A stretch of DNA of 64,000 nt from assembly GCA_017435465.1 (NCBI GenBank), contig JAFSEX010000038.1, positions 720 to 64,719 on the forward strand, given 5' to 3'. How positions within the stretch are numbered: position 1 is the first letter of the stretch; every line of letters begins with the position of its first letter. Origin of the DNA: Bacilli bacterium (GTDB lineage Bacteria > Bacillota_I > Bacilli_A > RF39 > UBA660). The notes beneath the pieces were generated by a model, which ran no database searches, was not told the origin of the DNA, and was given only the letters and a program-made list of their open reading frames with translations. This document shows, piece after piece, positions 10,563 through 20,998 of the stretch. The position numbers and the translations under genes were made by a program.

Positions 10563-11756
10563 ATGAGTAATAAATTAATTTTAAACGATAAAACAAAATG
10601 TTGTGGATGTTTTTCATGTGAAAATATTTGTCCTAAACAAGCAATAGAATCTGTTTCAGATAATAGTGGTTCACTTTATCCTAAAATTGATTTAAATAAA
10701 TGTATAGATTGTGGTTTATGCTCAAAAGTTTGTAATTATAAAAATCAAAAATATTATTTGAAACCAATAAAAGGTTATGTTGCAATAACCAAGAATGAAG
10801 GAATTTTAAAAAAAAGTACATCTGGCGGAATTTTCTCTACTATCGCTAAAAAATATATACAAGATGGATGGAAAGTTTGTGGTTGTATTGGATATTTTAA
10901 AAACGAAGAATATATTGTTGAACATGTTTTAACCGATGATTATAAAATAATAGAAAAAATGCAAGGCTCAAAATATGTACAAAGTTCAATAAAAAAAGTA
11001 TTAATAGAAATTAAAAAATTATTAAATAATGGTGAAAAAATATTATTTTCAGGAACACCATGCCAAATTTCTGCTTTGAAATTTTTTTTAAGAAAAGAAT
11101 ATAAAAACTTAATTACTATAGAAATTATATGTCATGGAGCACCAAGTTTAAAACTTTTAAATGATTATATTAAATTTTATAATTTGAAAAATAATTGCAC
11201 TTTAACTGATATTGTTTTTAGAACCAAAAAGTATGGATGGAAAAATATTGGATATATAAAATATAAAAAAAATAGTAAAAATATAATAAAAACTAAAGAT
11301 TTAATTTTTAATGAATCTTCATATTATTATTTGTTTGAAAAAGGGTACTTTTTTAGGGAAAGTTGTTATAAATGTTCCTTTGCAGGCGAAATGAGAATGG
11401 GTGATATTACCATTGGAGACTATTGGGGAATAGAAAAAGTACATCCTGAATTATTAAAAAAAATTAATATTAATATGGGAACATCATGTTTAATAATTAA
11501 TTCTAATAAGGGAACAAAAATTATCGAAAATTGTAGTGATTTATTTTATTTATTTGAATCATCTTTTGATAACATTAGAAAGTATAACAAACAACTAAAT
11601 GTACCAACCAAAAGACCTGATGATTTAGATGATATAATAGAAAAATATAACAAAGAAGGATATATAGCAATAGATGATTTTTTTAGAAAAAAATATAAAA
11701 AATATTATATTCAAAAATTAAAAAATAAAGTAAAAAAGATATTGAGAAAATTATAA
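10563..11756 (+). CDS. 4Fe-4S / coenzyme F420 hydrogenase beta-subunit (FrhB)-like protein
   Basis: Two CxxCxxCxxxC ferredoxin motifs, STSGG, GSKYVQS, GTPCQI, CHGAPS, RESCYKC, DITIGDYWG. Confidence 0.88.
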   Translation: MSNKLILNDKTKCCGCFSCENICPKQAIESVSDNSGSLYPKIDLNKCIDCGLCSKVCNYKNQKYYLKPIKGYVAITKNEGILKKSTSGGIFSTIAKKYIQDGWKVCGCIGYFKNEEYIVEHVLTDDYKIIEKMQGSKYVQSSIKKVLIEIKKLLNNGEKILFSGTPCQISALKFFLRKEYKNLITIEIICHGAPSLKLLNDYIKFYNLKNNCTLTDIVFRTKKYGWKNIGYIKYKKNSKNIIKTKDLIFNESSYYYLFEKGYFFRESCYKCSFAGEMRMGDITIGDYWGIEKVHPELLKKININMGTSCLIINSNKGTKIIENCSDLFYLFESSFDNIRKYNKQLNVPTKRPDDLDDIIEKYNKEGYIAIDDFFRKKYKKYYIQKLKNKVKKILRKL

Positions 11757-11795
11757 TTTATAGTTATATATATAATTTACATAAAGGAGACAAAT

Positions 11796-12962
11796 ATGAA
11801 AATAGCAGTAGCTGGGACAGGCTATGTAGGTTTATCTATTGCCACATTGCTTAGTCAAAAACATGAAGTGGTTGCACTTGATGTAATAAAAGAAAAAGTA
11901 GATATGATTAATAATAGGATTTCTCCTATTAAAGACAAATATATAGAAGAGTATTTTGCAACTAAAGATTTAAATTTAGTAGCTACATTAGACTATAAAG
12001 AAGCATTCAAAGATGCTAAATTTATAGTAATTAGTACTCCAACTAATTATGATGAAATTGAAGGATATTTTGATACTTCTTCAGTTGAAGATGTAATTAA
12101 AAAAGTAATTGATATGAATATTGATACTACTATGGTAGTTAAATCTACTATTCCAGTAGGATTTATTGAAAATATGAAGAAAAAATATAATATAGATAAT
12201 ATTATGTTTTCACCTGAATTTTTAAGAGAAGGTAATGCTTTATATGATAATCTATATCCTTCTAGAATAATAGTAGGTGAAAAAAGTGAAAGAGCAAATG
12301 AATTTGCTAATTTATTAAAAGAATGTTGCTTAAAAGAAGATGTAACTATTAAATTTATGAATAGTACTGAAGCAGAAGCAGTTAAATTATTTGCTAATAC
12401 ATATTTAGCACTTAGAGTATCATATTTTAATGAATTAGATACTTATGCTGAAATAAATGGGTTAAATACTCAAGATATTATTGAAGGAGTATGTTTAGAT
12501 CCTAGAATTGGTAATCACTATAATAATCCATCTTTTGGATATGGAGGTTACTGTTTACCAAAAGATACTAAACAATTACTTGCAAACTACAAAAATATTC
12601 CACAAAACTTGATAGAAGCAATAGTTAAATCTAACGATACTAGAAAAGATCATATTTCTAATATGATTTTGAATAAAAAACCAAAAGTGGTTGGAATATA
12701 TAGATTAACTATGAAAACTAATTCTGATAATTTTAGAGCAAGCGCAATTCAAGGTGTTATTGAAAGAATTAAAGGTAAAGGAATTGATGTTGTTATTTAC
12801 GAACCAACATTAAATGATGATTTATTTAATGGATGTAAAGTAATAAAAGATTTTGATGAATTTAATAATTTAATTGATGTTGTAGTAGTTAATAGAATTG
12901 ATGATAAAGTTAAAACAATACAAGATAAAATATATTCAAGAGATTTATTTGTAAGAGATTAA
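11796..12962 (+). CDS. ugd: UDP-glucose 6-dehydrogenase
   Basis: GTGYVG, SPEFLREG, KLFANTYLA, GYGGYCLPKD. Confidence 0.95.
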   Translation: MKIAVAGTGYVGLSIATLLSQKHEVVALDVIKEKVDMINNRISPIKDKYIEEYFATKDLNLVATLDYKEAFKDAKFIVISTPTNYDEIEGYFDTSSVEDVIKKVIDMNIDTTMVVKSTIPVGFIENMKKKYNIDNIMFSPEFLREGNALYDNLYPSRIIVGEKSERANEFANLLKECCLKEDVTIKFMNSTEAEAVKLFANTYLALRVSYFNELDTYAEINGLNTQDIIEGVCLDPRIGNHYNNPSFGYGGYCLPKDTKQLLANYKNIPQNLIEAIVKSNDTRKDHISNMILNKKPKVVGIYRLTMKTNSDNFRASAIQGVIERIKGKGIDVVIYEPTLNDDLFNGCKVIKDFDEFNNLIDVVVVNRIDDKVKTIQDKIYSRDLFVRD

Positions 12963-12978
12963 TTGAGTTGGTGATCTT

Positions 12979-14394
12979 ATGAAAAATAAAAAAGTTAAAA
13001 TAATAAAAATAATAATATCTATAATAATATTAATATTATCTTTAATATGTTTTAAATATATTAAGGATATGAATATATTACCAAATAAATATTTATATCT
13101 ATTTCTGTTAATACTATTAATAATAAATCTTATCGCAATATTCTTATCATTTAAAAAAGGCAAAATAACCAAAATAATAAGTGGAATACTATATATATTA
13201 ATTGGTGTAATATCAATACTTGGTATTAAATATTCTAGTGCTACTATTAAATATTTAAATAAAGGATTTAATAATAATGTAGAAACAACTACATACAATG
13301 TTATTGTTTTAAAAAATAGTAATTATAAAGAGTTAAAAGATTTAAATAATACAAAAATGGGATATTTATTTAATGATGTAGATAATGATAAATATTTAGA
13401 TAAAATAAAAGAAGAAATAGATGTTGAATTAAAAGAAGAAGATTTTTTAACAATATATACTGATTTAATAAATAATGAAATATCAGCTATAATAATTAAT
13501 GAAGCATATTTAGATATTATTGAAGAACAATATAAAGACTTTAGTGATAACACTAAAATATTATATAGTTTAAATATTAAAAATAAAGTTAAAACTAATA
13601 ATGATATTTTAAAAGAATTAAAACCAGTTAATATATATATATCTGGTAGTGATTCAAGAAGTAATACTATTACTGATAGTACATTATCAGATGTTAATAT
13701 AATTGTTACACTTAATCCTAAAACACATACAATGTTATTAACTAATATTCCAAGAGATTATTATGTACAATTACATGGAACTACAGGTACTAAAGATAAA
13801 CTTACTCATGCGGGATTATATGGTATTGAAATGAGTAAGAATACATTAGAAGATTTATTTGGAATAGAAATTGATTATTCAATTAAATTAGGATTTCAAA
13901 GTGTAGTTGAAATAGTTGACTTAGTTGGTGGGATAGAAATATATAGTGATACAGCATTCAATTCATTTCATAAAAAAGGTTGGTATGTAAAAAAAGGTAT
14001 AAATTATATGGATGGTGAAAAAGCACTTGCTTATGCTAGAGAAAGATATGCATACTCAGATGGTGATTCACATAGAGGACGTAATCAACAACAAGTAATT
14101 GAAGCAATATTTAATAAAATAGTTGCGGATAAAACCATATTGTTAAAATATGATAGTTTACTTAGTAAATTTAGTAAACTATATAGAACAGATATTCCTA
14201 AAGAATTTGTAACTTTATTAATAAAACAACAATTAGAAGATATGTCTTCATGGACTATTGAAAAACAAAGTGTAGAAGGTAAAGGTACGTTAGGACAAAC
14301 TTATTCTATGCCAGGACCTAATTTATATATTACAATACCTAATCAAGATACAATAAATAGTGCAGTTCAAAAAATAAATGAAGTTAGTAAATAA
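12979..14394 (+). CDS. LCP (LytR-CpsA-Psr) family polysaccharide-peptidoglycan ligase, CpsA/Wzg type
   Basis: Three N-terminal TM helices; GSDSR, SDVN, IPRDYYV, KLTHAG, ARERY, RGRNQQ. Confidence 0.92.
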   Translation: MKNKKVKIIKIIISIIILILSLICFKYIKDMNILPNKYLYLFLLILLIINLIAIFLSFKKGKITKIISGILYILIGVISILGIKYSSATIKYLNKGFNNNVETTTYNVIVLKNSNYKELKDLNNTKMGYLFNDVDNDKYLDKIKEEIDVELKEEDFLTIYTDLINNEISAIIINEAYLDIIEEQYKDFSDNTKILYSLNIKNKVKTNNDILKELKPVNIYISGSDSRSNTITDSTLSDVNIIVTLNPKTHTMLLTNIPRDYYVQLHGTTGTKDKLTHAGLYGIEMSKNTLEDLFGIEIDYSIKLGFQSVVEIVDLVGGIEIYSDTAFNSFHKKGWYVKKGINYMDGEKALAYARERYAYSDGDSHRGRNQQQVIEAIFNKIVADKTILLKYDSLLSKFSKLYRTDIPKEFVTLLIKQQLEDMSSWTIEKQSVEGKGTLGQTYSMPGPNLYITIPNQDTINSAVQKINEVSK

Positions 14395-14467
14395 AATTTA
14401 AAAAATTAGTCGAAAAAAGAGAATAATCACATATTTGCTGGGTATAATATAGTAGAAGGTGGTAAAT

Positions 14468-14554
14468 ATGTGGTTATTTATTTTAATATTAATATTATAT
14501 TTTATAATGTGGTGTTCAGTTAGAGTAAGTTCAAACTGTAATGATGATGAATAA
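14468..14554 (+). CDS. Unannotated 28-aa single-TM peptide MWLFILILILYFIMWCSVRVSSNCNDDE
   Basis: TATAAT at 14443-14448, RBS aaggtggt, hairpin terminator directly after the stop. Confidence 0.6.
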   Translation: MWLFILILILYFIMWCSVRVSSNCNDDE

Positions 14555-14557
14555 ATT

Positions 14558-14590
14558 AAGATATTATTGGAATTTTAATATCTTTTTCTT
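14558..14590 (+). terminator. Intrinsic terminator after the small ORF
   Basis: aagatatta...taatatctt inverted repeat followed by a T-run. Confidence 0.55.
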
Positions 14591-14690
14591 TTACATATAA
14601 TTTACATAAAAACCAAAACTTGGCATATTTTATTGATAAAAAAACTATATATTATGATATAATTGTTATGTGAATATAAAGAGGTGCGAG

Positions 14691-15356
14691 ATGGAAGAAA
14701 TTGATTTAAAAGAATTATTTGAATTTTTTATGAGTAAAATTGGTTTACTTATTGTTATAACAGTTTGCGTTTGTTTATTAGGATCAATATATGGATTATT
14801 TTTGCAAACACCAATGTACAGTTCATATACTACAGTTGTATTAAGTTCTGAAACAACAATTACTCAAACAGATGTAACACTTAATAAAAACTTAGTTAAT
14901 ACATATGCTGAAATTGTTAAATCTAGAAGAGTATTAGATCAAGTTATAGACGAATTATTACTTGATAGTAGTTATGAACAAATGGTAGGTAAAATATCAG
15001 TTAGTACTGTAAACAACACAGAAATAATTAAAATTACTGTAAATGATAAAAATCCTAATAAAGCTAAAAACATTGCCAATTCAACTGCAAATTACTTTAC
15101 AAAAGAAATTGTAGAATTATATGATATGAACAATGTCAATGTCTTAGATGAAGCAATTATCTCAGAAAAACCATATAATATAAATATTATTAAACAACTT
15201 GTACTTTATTTTGCTATTGGATTTATATTGGGTATTGGAATTCTATTTATAATATATTATTTTGATAGAACTATCAAATCTATTGAACAAGTTGAACAAA
15301 AAATTAAACTTCCAATTCTTGGTGGAGTTCAAGATAATAGTAGGGGAGGTAAATAA
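14691..15356 (+). CDS. cpsC: Capsule chain-length determinant Wzz/CpsC (Wzd)
   Basis: EEIDLKELF, two TM helices, DRTIKSIEQVE..LPILG. Confidence 0.9.
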   Translation: MEEIDLKELFEFFMSKIGLLIVITVCVCLLGSIYGLFLQTPMYSSYTTVVLSSETTITQTDVTLNKNLVNTYAEIVKSRRVLDQVIDELLLDSSYEQMVGKISVSTVNNTEIIKITVNDKNPNKAKNIANSTANYFTKEIVELYDMNNVNVLDEAIISEKPYNINIIKQLVLYFAIGFILGIGILFIIYYFDRTIKSIEQVEQKIKLPILGGVQDNSRGGK

Positions 15357-15358
15357 AT

Positions 15359-16027
15359 ATGAAAAACGAATTAGTTGTATTTAATAAACCGAAAGCTAAT
15401 ATAAGTGAAGATATTAGAACAATTAGAACAAATTTACAATTTACCTCATCAGTACAAGATGCTAAAGTTTTATTAGTTACAAGTTCTGTACCAGGAGAAG
15501 GAAAAAGTTTTATTAGTAGTAATCTAGCATGCGCTTTTGCACAAACTGAAGAAACAACACTTTTAATTGATAGTGATCTACGTTTAGGTAGATTGCATAA
15601 AATATTTAATGTTTCAAATGAAAGAGGATTATCAAATTTACTTGCTTCAAAAGATGTAAAAAAATGTCTTCCATATATTAATAGTACGCAAGTTGAAAAT
15701 TTATTTGTAATTCCCCGTGGAACAGTTCCACCAAATCCAAGTGAACTTTTAAATTCTCAAAATACAAAAGATTTAATTGAATATTTAAAAACTAAATTTG
15801 ATCATATAATATTTGATGGAGTACCAATAAACGGTCTTCCAGATTCACTTGTTATGGCAAATTTTGTGGACCAAGTAATTATTGTATCTGCAGTTGGATA
15901 TACAAAAATAGATGAATTAGATGAAACAAAAAAAGCATTACAAAAAATTGATGCGAATATTGCTGGTGTTATTGTAAATAGAACAAATAAAGTTAAACGT
16001 GGAAAATATGCTAGTTACTATGAATAG
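15359..16027 (+). CDS. cpsD: BY-kinase CpsD/CapB (tyrosine-protein kinase)
   Basis: IRTNLQF, Walker A GEGKS, DSDLR, PPNPSELL, C-terminal Tyr cluster YASYYE. Confidence 0.93.
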   Translation: MKNELVVFNKPKANISEDIRTIRTNLQFTSSVQDAKVLLVTSSVPGEGKSFISSNLACAFAQTEETTLLIDSDLRLGRLHKIFNVSNERGLSNLLASKDVKKCLPYINSTQVENLFVIPRGTVPPNPSELLNSQNTKDLIEYLKTKFDHIIFDGVPINGLPDSLVMANFVDQVIIVSAVGYTKIDELDETKKALQKIDANIAGVIVNRTNKVKRGKYASYYE

Positions 16028-16036
16028 GGTGATCAA

Positions 16037-16750
16037 ATGACAGATATTCATTCACATATATTATTTGATGTAGATGATGGAAGTAGTAATATAGAAGAAA
16101 GTATTGAATTATTAAAAAAATTAAAGAGTATTGGATTTAAAAATGTTATATTAACTCCTCATTATATTGAGGGTAGTGATTATTGTAGTTTAAATCAAGA
16201 AAAACTTGAGAAAATTGAAATACTAAAAAGTGAAATAAAGAAAAATAATATTGATATTAATATATATTTGGGTAATGAAATATTCATTAATGATAATATT
16301 ATTAAATCTATTAAAGATGGTAAAATATACCCATTAAATAATACTAAATATCTTTTAATAGAATTACCATTTTATAATCAAATCCTAAATTTAGATGATA
16401 TATTATTTGAAATAACACATGCTGGATATATTCCAGTAATTGCTCATCCAGAAAGATATTCTTACTTTCAAGAAAATTATAAATTAATTGATTCATTAAG
16501 AGAAAATGGAGTGTTATTCCAAGCAAATTATTCTAGTATTCTAGGCCATTATGGAAAACAAGCTAAAAAATTACTTAAATATATGCTTAAACAAAAATAT
16601 ATTGATTATCTAGGAACAGATATTCATCATATAGGTAAAACATTTGTTATTGATAATTTTGAAAAAATAAATAAGAAAATTAAAAAAATTACAAAAGAAG
16701 AATATTATAATCAAATAATTAATAATTGTAATAATTTGATTTCAAAATGA
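16037..16750 (+). CDS. cpsB: PHP-type tyrosine phosphatase CpsB/CapC
   Basis: DIHSHIL..DDG, TPH, AHPERY, GTDIHH. Confidence 0.93.
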   Translation: MTDIHSHILFDVDDGSSNIEESIELLKKLKSIGFKNVILTPHYIEGSDYCSLNQEKLEKIEILKSEIKKNNIDINIYLGNEIFINDNIIKSIKDGKIYPLNNTKYLLIELPFYNQILNLDDILFEITHAGYIPVIAHPERYSYFQENYKLIDSLRENGVLFQANYSSILGHYGKQAKKLLKYMLKQKYIDYLGTDIHHIGKTFVIDNFEKINKKIKKITKEEYYNQIINNCNNLISK

Positions 16751-16782
16751 GAATATATGATTATTCTCTTTTTCTTTATTCT

Positions 16783-16821
16783 AAAAAACACAAAATTAGT
16801 AAATAAAATTTTGTGTTTTTT
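16783..16821. terminator. Terminator-like inverted repeat downstream of cpsB
   Basis: aaaaaacacaaaatt...aattttgtgtttttt. Confidence 0.55.
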
Positions 16822-16997
16822 ATTTTATATAAATTTTCATATTTTAAAATCATTTACATTAATAAAAACTGAATTTTTGATAATTAATTTATTTATATTT
16901 AATTTACTCCATATCACAAATATTAAATATTTGTGATTTTTATAGTTAAATTAATTATGTTAATATGCTAATAAAGGATGATTTGAGGTGCATATAT

Positions 16998-17882
16998 ATG
17001 AATTATTACAATGAAATAAAAACAGAATTAATAAATAATGAAATAACAAAGAAAATAAAAGATTATAGTAAAAATAAAAGCGATTTAACTACTTATTATA
17101 ATGTCGGTAAATTACTTAGTGAGGCTGGTAAACATTATGGTGAAGGAATAATTAAAAATTATTCACAAAAACTAAAAAATGAAATTAATAAAAAATATAA
17201 TGAAACAAATTTAAAAAGAATGAGACAATTTTATTTAAAAGTTGAAAAAGGTGCCACTTTGTGGCACCAATTGTCATGGAGTCATTATAAATTACTTTTA
17301 CCATTAAAATCAATTGAAGAGATTAATTATTATGTTAAAACAGCTGTTAATAATTTATATTCTGTTAGACAACTAGAAGAAAAAATTAAAAGTAAAGAAT
17401 ATGAAAGATTAGCAGAAGAGACTAAAAATAAATTAATCACTAATGAGAAATCTAATGTAAAAGATTTAATTAAAAATCCTATAATTATAAATAATAAAAA
17501 CAATTATAAGATTATCTCTGAAAAAGTATTACAAAAAATAATTTTAGAAGATATTGATAATTTTTTAGATGAATTAGGAAATGGTTTTTGTTATATTAAA
17601 AATGAATACAAAATTAAATTAGGAGATAGATATTACTATATAGATTTGTTATTATATAATATAGAATTTAATTGTTATACAATAGTAGAACTTAAAATAA
17701 CAGAATTAAAAAAAGAATATATAGGACAAATACAAACATATATGAATTATATTGATAAAAATATTAAACGAATTGATCAAGATAAAACTATAGGAATAAT
17801 TGTTTGTAAAAAGAACAACAAATTTATAATGGAATATTGTAGTGATGATAGAATACTTACCAAAGAATATAATTTAGTTTAA
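16998..17882 (+). CDS. DUF1016 / YhcG family PD-(D/E)XK nuclease (copy 1, intact)
   Basis: YYNVGKLL, NLKRMRQFY, LSWSHY, ELGNGF, IDLLLYN..VELK, GQIQTYMNY, TIGIIVCK. Confidence 0.92.
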   Translation: MNYYNEIKTELINNEITKKIKDYSKNKSDLTTYYNVGKLLSEAGKHYGEGIIKNYSQKLKNEINKKYNETNLKRMRQFYLKVEKGATLWHQLSWSHYKLLLPLKSIEEINYYVKTAVNNLYSVRQLEEKIKSKEYERLAEETKNKLITNEKSNVKDLIKNPIIINNKNNYKIISEKVLQKIILEDIDNFLDELGNGFCYIKNEYKIKLGDRYYYIDLLLYNIEFNCYTIVELKITELKKEYIGQIQTYMNYIDKNIKRIDQDKTIGIIVCKKNNKFIMEYCSDDRILTKEYNLV

Positions 17883-17964
17883 TTTATAATGATAAATTAT
17901 ATATTTCATTTATTATTTTAAAAAACTTTATTTTATTGTATAATGTAACTATGGAGGAATAAGT

Positions 17965-18435
17965 ATGAAGAGAATTCTTTTTATATCAAGTACTGGTGGG
18001 CATTTATCTGAAATGTTACAACTTAAACCAATGTTTAAAAAATATGATTATCATATTATAACAGAAAAAACAAAATCAACAATTGGATTAAAAGACAAAT
18101 ATAAAAATAAAGTAAATTATTTAGTTTATGGGACAAAACATTACATGTTTCCATATATATTCATATTTATATATAATATTTTTAAATCATTATTTTTATA
18201 TATTAAAATTAGACCGAAAGTAATTATAACAACAGGAACTCATACAGCTGTTCCGATGTGTTACATTGGAAAATTATTTGGTAGTAAAATTATATTTATT
18301 GAAACATTCGCAAATAGTGAAACTAAAACTTTATCTGGTAAATTAGTATATCCAATCGCAAACCTTTTTATTGTTCAATGGAAAAGTATGCTCAAATTAT
18401 ATCCTAAAGCAATATATGGGGGGTGGATATATTAA
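17965..18435 (+). CDS. PssD/Cps14F (Alg14-like) glycosyltransferase subunit
   Basis: SSTGGHL, ITTGT, FIETFA, FIVQW. Confidence 0.9.
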   Translation: MKRILFISSTGGHLSEMLQLKPMFKKYDYHIITEKTKSTIGLKDKYKNKVNYLVYGTKHYMFPYIFIFIYNIFKSLFLYIKIRPKVIITTGTHTAVPMCYIGKLFGSKIIFIETFANSETKTLSGKLVYPIANLFIVQWKSMLKLYPKAIYGGWIY

Positions 18436-18914
18436 TGATATTAGTTACATTAGGTACGCAAGATAAAACATTTAATAGATTGCTGAAAAAAATTCAAGAA
18501 CAAATAGAATTAGGTAATATTAAAGATGAAGTAATAGTACAAGCTGGATGTACAAAGTTTGAATCTAATAATATGGAAATATTTGATTTGATTTCGATAG
18601 ATGAATTAGATATATTAACAAAAAAAGCTGATTTAATAATTACACATGGTGGAGTAGGTTCAATTATTAGTGGACTTAAAAATAATAAAAAAGTTATAGT
18701 TTGTCCAAGACTTCAAAAATATGATGAACACGAAAGTGATCATCAATTACAAATAACAAAAAATTTTTATAAAGAAGGATATATTATTCCATTTTATGAA
18801 AATGACGATTTAGAAAAATTACTTAAAAAAGCAAAAAAATTTGAACCAAAAAAATACAAAAGCAATACCAAAAATATGATCAAATTAATAGAAAATTATA
18901 TTGATAATATTTAA
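18435..18914 (+). CDS. PssE/Cps14G (Alg13-like) glycosyltransferase subunit
   Basis: VTLGT, ITHGGVGSI, PRL..EH.DHQ. Confidence 0.9.
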   Translation: MILVTLGTQDKTFNRLLKKIQEQIELGNIKDEVIVQAGCTKFESNNMEIFDLISIDELDILTKKADLIITHGGVGSIISGLKNNKKVIVCPRLQKYDEHESDHQLQITKNFYKEGYIIPFYENDDLEKLLKKAKKFEPKKYKSNTKNMIKLIENYIDNI

Positions 18915-18973
18915 AATAATTTATTAATATGTTAATATATAATTGTAATAATAATTACAGGGAGGAATTTTAA

Positions 18974-19711
18974 ATGAAATGTATTTTATTATGTGCAGGA
19001 TATGCAACTAGATTATTTCCACTTACTGAAAATTTTCCTAAAGCACTTTTAACAATTGGTGAAAAACCATTACTAGATTATATTTTAGAAGAAGTAAACA
19101 CAATTAATGAAGTAGATGAAATATTTGTTATAACTAATGATAGATATTATAAACATTTTGATAAATGGGCAATTGAAAAAAATAATATTAAACCAATCAA
19201 AGTAATGAATGATCACACTACTTCAAATGATGATAGATTAGGTGCGATAGGCGATATTATGTATGTTATTAATAATAATAATATAAATGATGATTTACTT
19301 ATTATTGCAGGAGATAATTTATTTACATATAAACTAAATGATGTAATTAATTTCTACAAAGAAAAAAATAAAACAGTTTTATGTGCAAAAGAATTAGACG
19401 ATATAAATTTACTTAAAAGATTTGCAGTTGCTAAAGTTGATGAAAATGATAAAGTGATTGATTTAGTAGAAAAACCAGAAAATCCAGAAAGTAATATAGG
19501 TGTTTATGCAACATATGTATATCCTAATGAAGTACTTAAATATTTTAATCAATATAAAGACGAAGGAAACAATATGGATGCACCTGGAAACTTTCCACAA
19601 TATTTATATAAAAAAGAAGATGTTTATGTATATAAATTTGATGGTGTTTGTTATGATGTTGGAACTCATGAAACACTAAAAGAAGTTAATGAAATTTACT
19701 CAAAAAAATAA
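18974..19711 (+). CDS. Sugar-phosphate nucleotidyltransferase (NTP_transferase)
   Basis: LCAGYATRLFPLT..PKALL, IAGDN, EKP, YDVGT. Confidence 0.88.
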   Translation: MKCILLCAGYATRLFPLTENFPKALLTIGEKPLLDYILEEVNTINEVDEIFVITNDRYYKHFDKWAIEKNNIKPIKVMNDHTTSNDDRLGAIGDIMYVINNNNINDDLLIIAGDNLFTYKLNDVINFYKEKNKTVLCAKELDDINLLKRFAVAKVDENDKVIDLVEKPENPESNIGVYATYVYPNEVLKYFNQYKDEGNNMDAPGNFPQYLYKKEDVYVYKFDGVCYDVGTHETLKEVNEIYSKK

Positions 19712-19833
19712 TATTAAATACGTTTGATAAAAATATCAAGCGTATTTTTAAATATTTAAACATTTCTAAAAAAGTATTTATATTATATATTTTACGTGGT
19801 ATAATATGGTTAATTGACATTGAGGTGGTTTTA

Positions 19834-20925
19834 ATGACAATAACAATAGAAGAAGCAATTAAGATAGTATTAATAACATTTTTATGTTCAGCTATTTTAG
19901 TTCCAATAATAAAAAAAATGGCTTTATTTATAGGCGCAGTTGATGTACCAAATCAAAGAAAAGTACACAAAGGTTTAATACCAAGATTAGGTGGGCTTGG
20001 AATATTCTTTGCATTTTTACTAGGATATATGATGTTTTCAAGACAAAGTATTGAAATGATATCAATTCTTATTGGCAGTTTTATAGTAATAATTACTGGA
20101 GTAATTGATGATATAAAACCATTACCTCCTAAATACAAGTTTGCAGGACAACTTATTGCAGCATGTGTTGTTGTATTTTATGGTGGTATAATTTTAAATG
20201 AAATATCTGCTTTTGGATTTTATATTCAATTTAATGATATAGTTGCAAAAGTTTTAACAGTAGGCTTTATTTTAGGTTGTATAAATGCCATTAATTTAAT
20301 CGATGGATTAGATGGACTTGCAGGTGGAATTAGTGCAATATACTTTTTAACAATTGGTATAATTGCAATGCTTATGGGACATACTGCTGGGCTTGATGTT
20401 TCTCTAACCTTCATAATGCTAGGTTCAACACTTGGATTTTTGATACATAATTTTTATCCTGCTAAAATATTTATGGGGGATTCTGGAAGTATGTTCTTAG
20501 GTTTTATAATATCTGTAATTGCACTTCTAGGATTTAAAAATGTAACTTTAACATCATTTATTGTTCCTTTATTTGTTTTAGCAATCCCAATTTTAGATAC
20601 ATTATTTGCAATAATAAGAAGAACATTAAAAGGTCAAAAAATATCAGAACCTGATAGAAATCATTTACACCATCAACTATTAAATTTACGTTTTTCACAC
20701 AGGACTACAGTAATATTAATATATATAATGGATATTTTATTTGCAAGTGCATCAATAGTCTACATATTAAAAGGTGCATTTATAGGTAAAATAATTTATG
20801 GTATTTTATTAATAATAATTATTTGGTTTGTGACATGTACAGATATTATTACAACTAAAAGACCACTAAAAGATGGTGTAAATAAAATTAAAGAAAAAGT
20901 TAGGAAAAAGAAGAAAAAAGATTAA
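19834..20925 (+). CDS. tagO: Undecaprenyl-phosphate GlcNAc-1-phosphate transferase (TagO/WecA)
   Basis: PRLGGL, GVIDD, NAINLIDGLDGL, IFMGDSGS, HLHH. Confidence 0.9.
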   Translation: MTITIEEAIKIVLITFLCSAILVPIIKKMALFIGAVDVPNQRKVHKGLIPRLGGLGIFFAFLLGYMMFSRQSIEMISILIGSFIVIITGVIDDIKPLPPKYKFAGQLIAACVVVFYGGIILNEISAFGFYIQFNDIVAKVLTVGFILGCINAINLIDGLDGLAGGISAIYFLTIGIIAMLMGHTAGLDVSLTFIMLGSTLGFLIHNFYPAKIFMGDSGSMFLGFIISVIALLGFKNVTLTSFIVPLFVLAIPILDTLFAIIRRTLKGQKISEPDRNHLHHQLLNLRFSHRTTVILIYIMDILFASASIVYILKGAFIGKIIYGILLIIIIWFVTCTDIITTKRPLKDGVNKIKEKVRKKKKKD

Positions 20926-20998
20926 AATATTATAAAAGTATTTTTAATCTTTTTTTATTATAGTATAATTGAATTGTATAAGAAAGGTGTGAATATAA

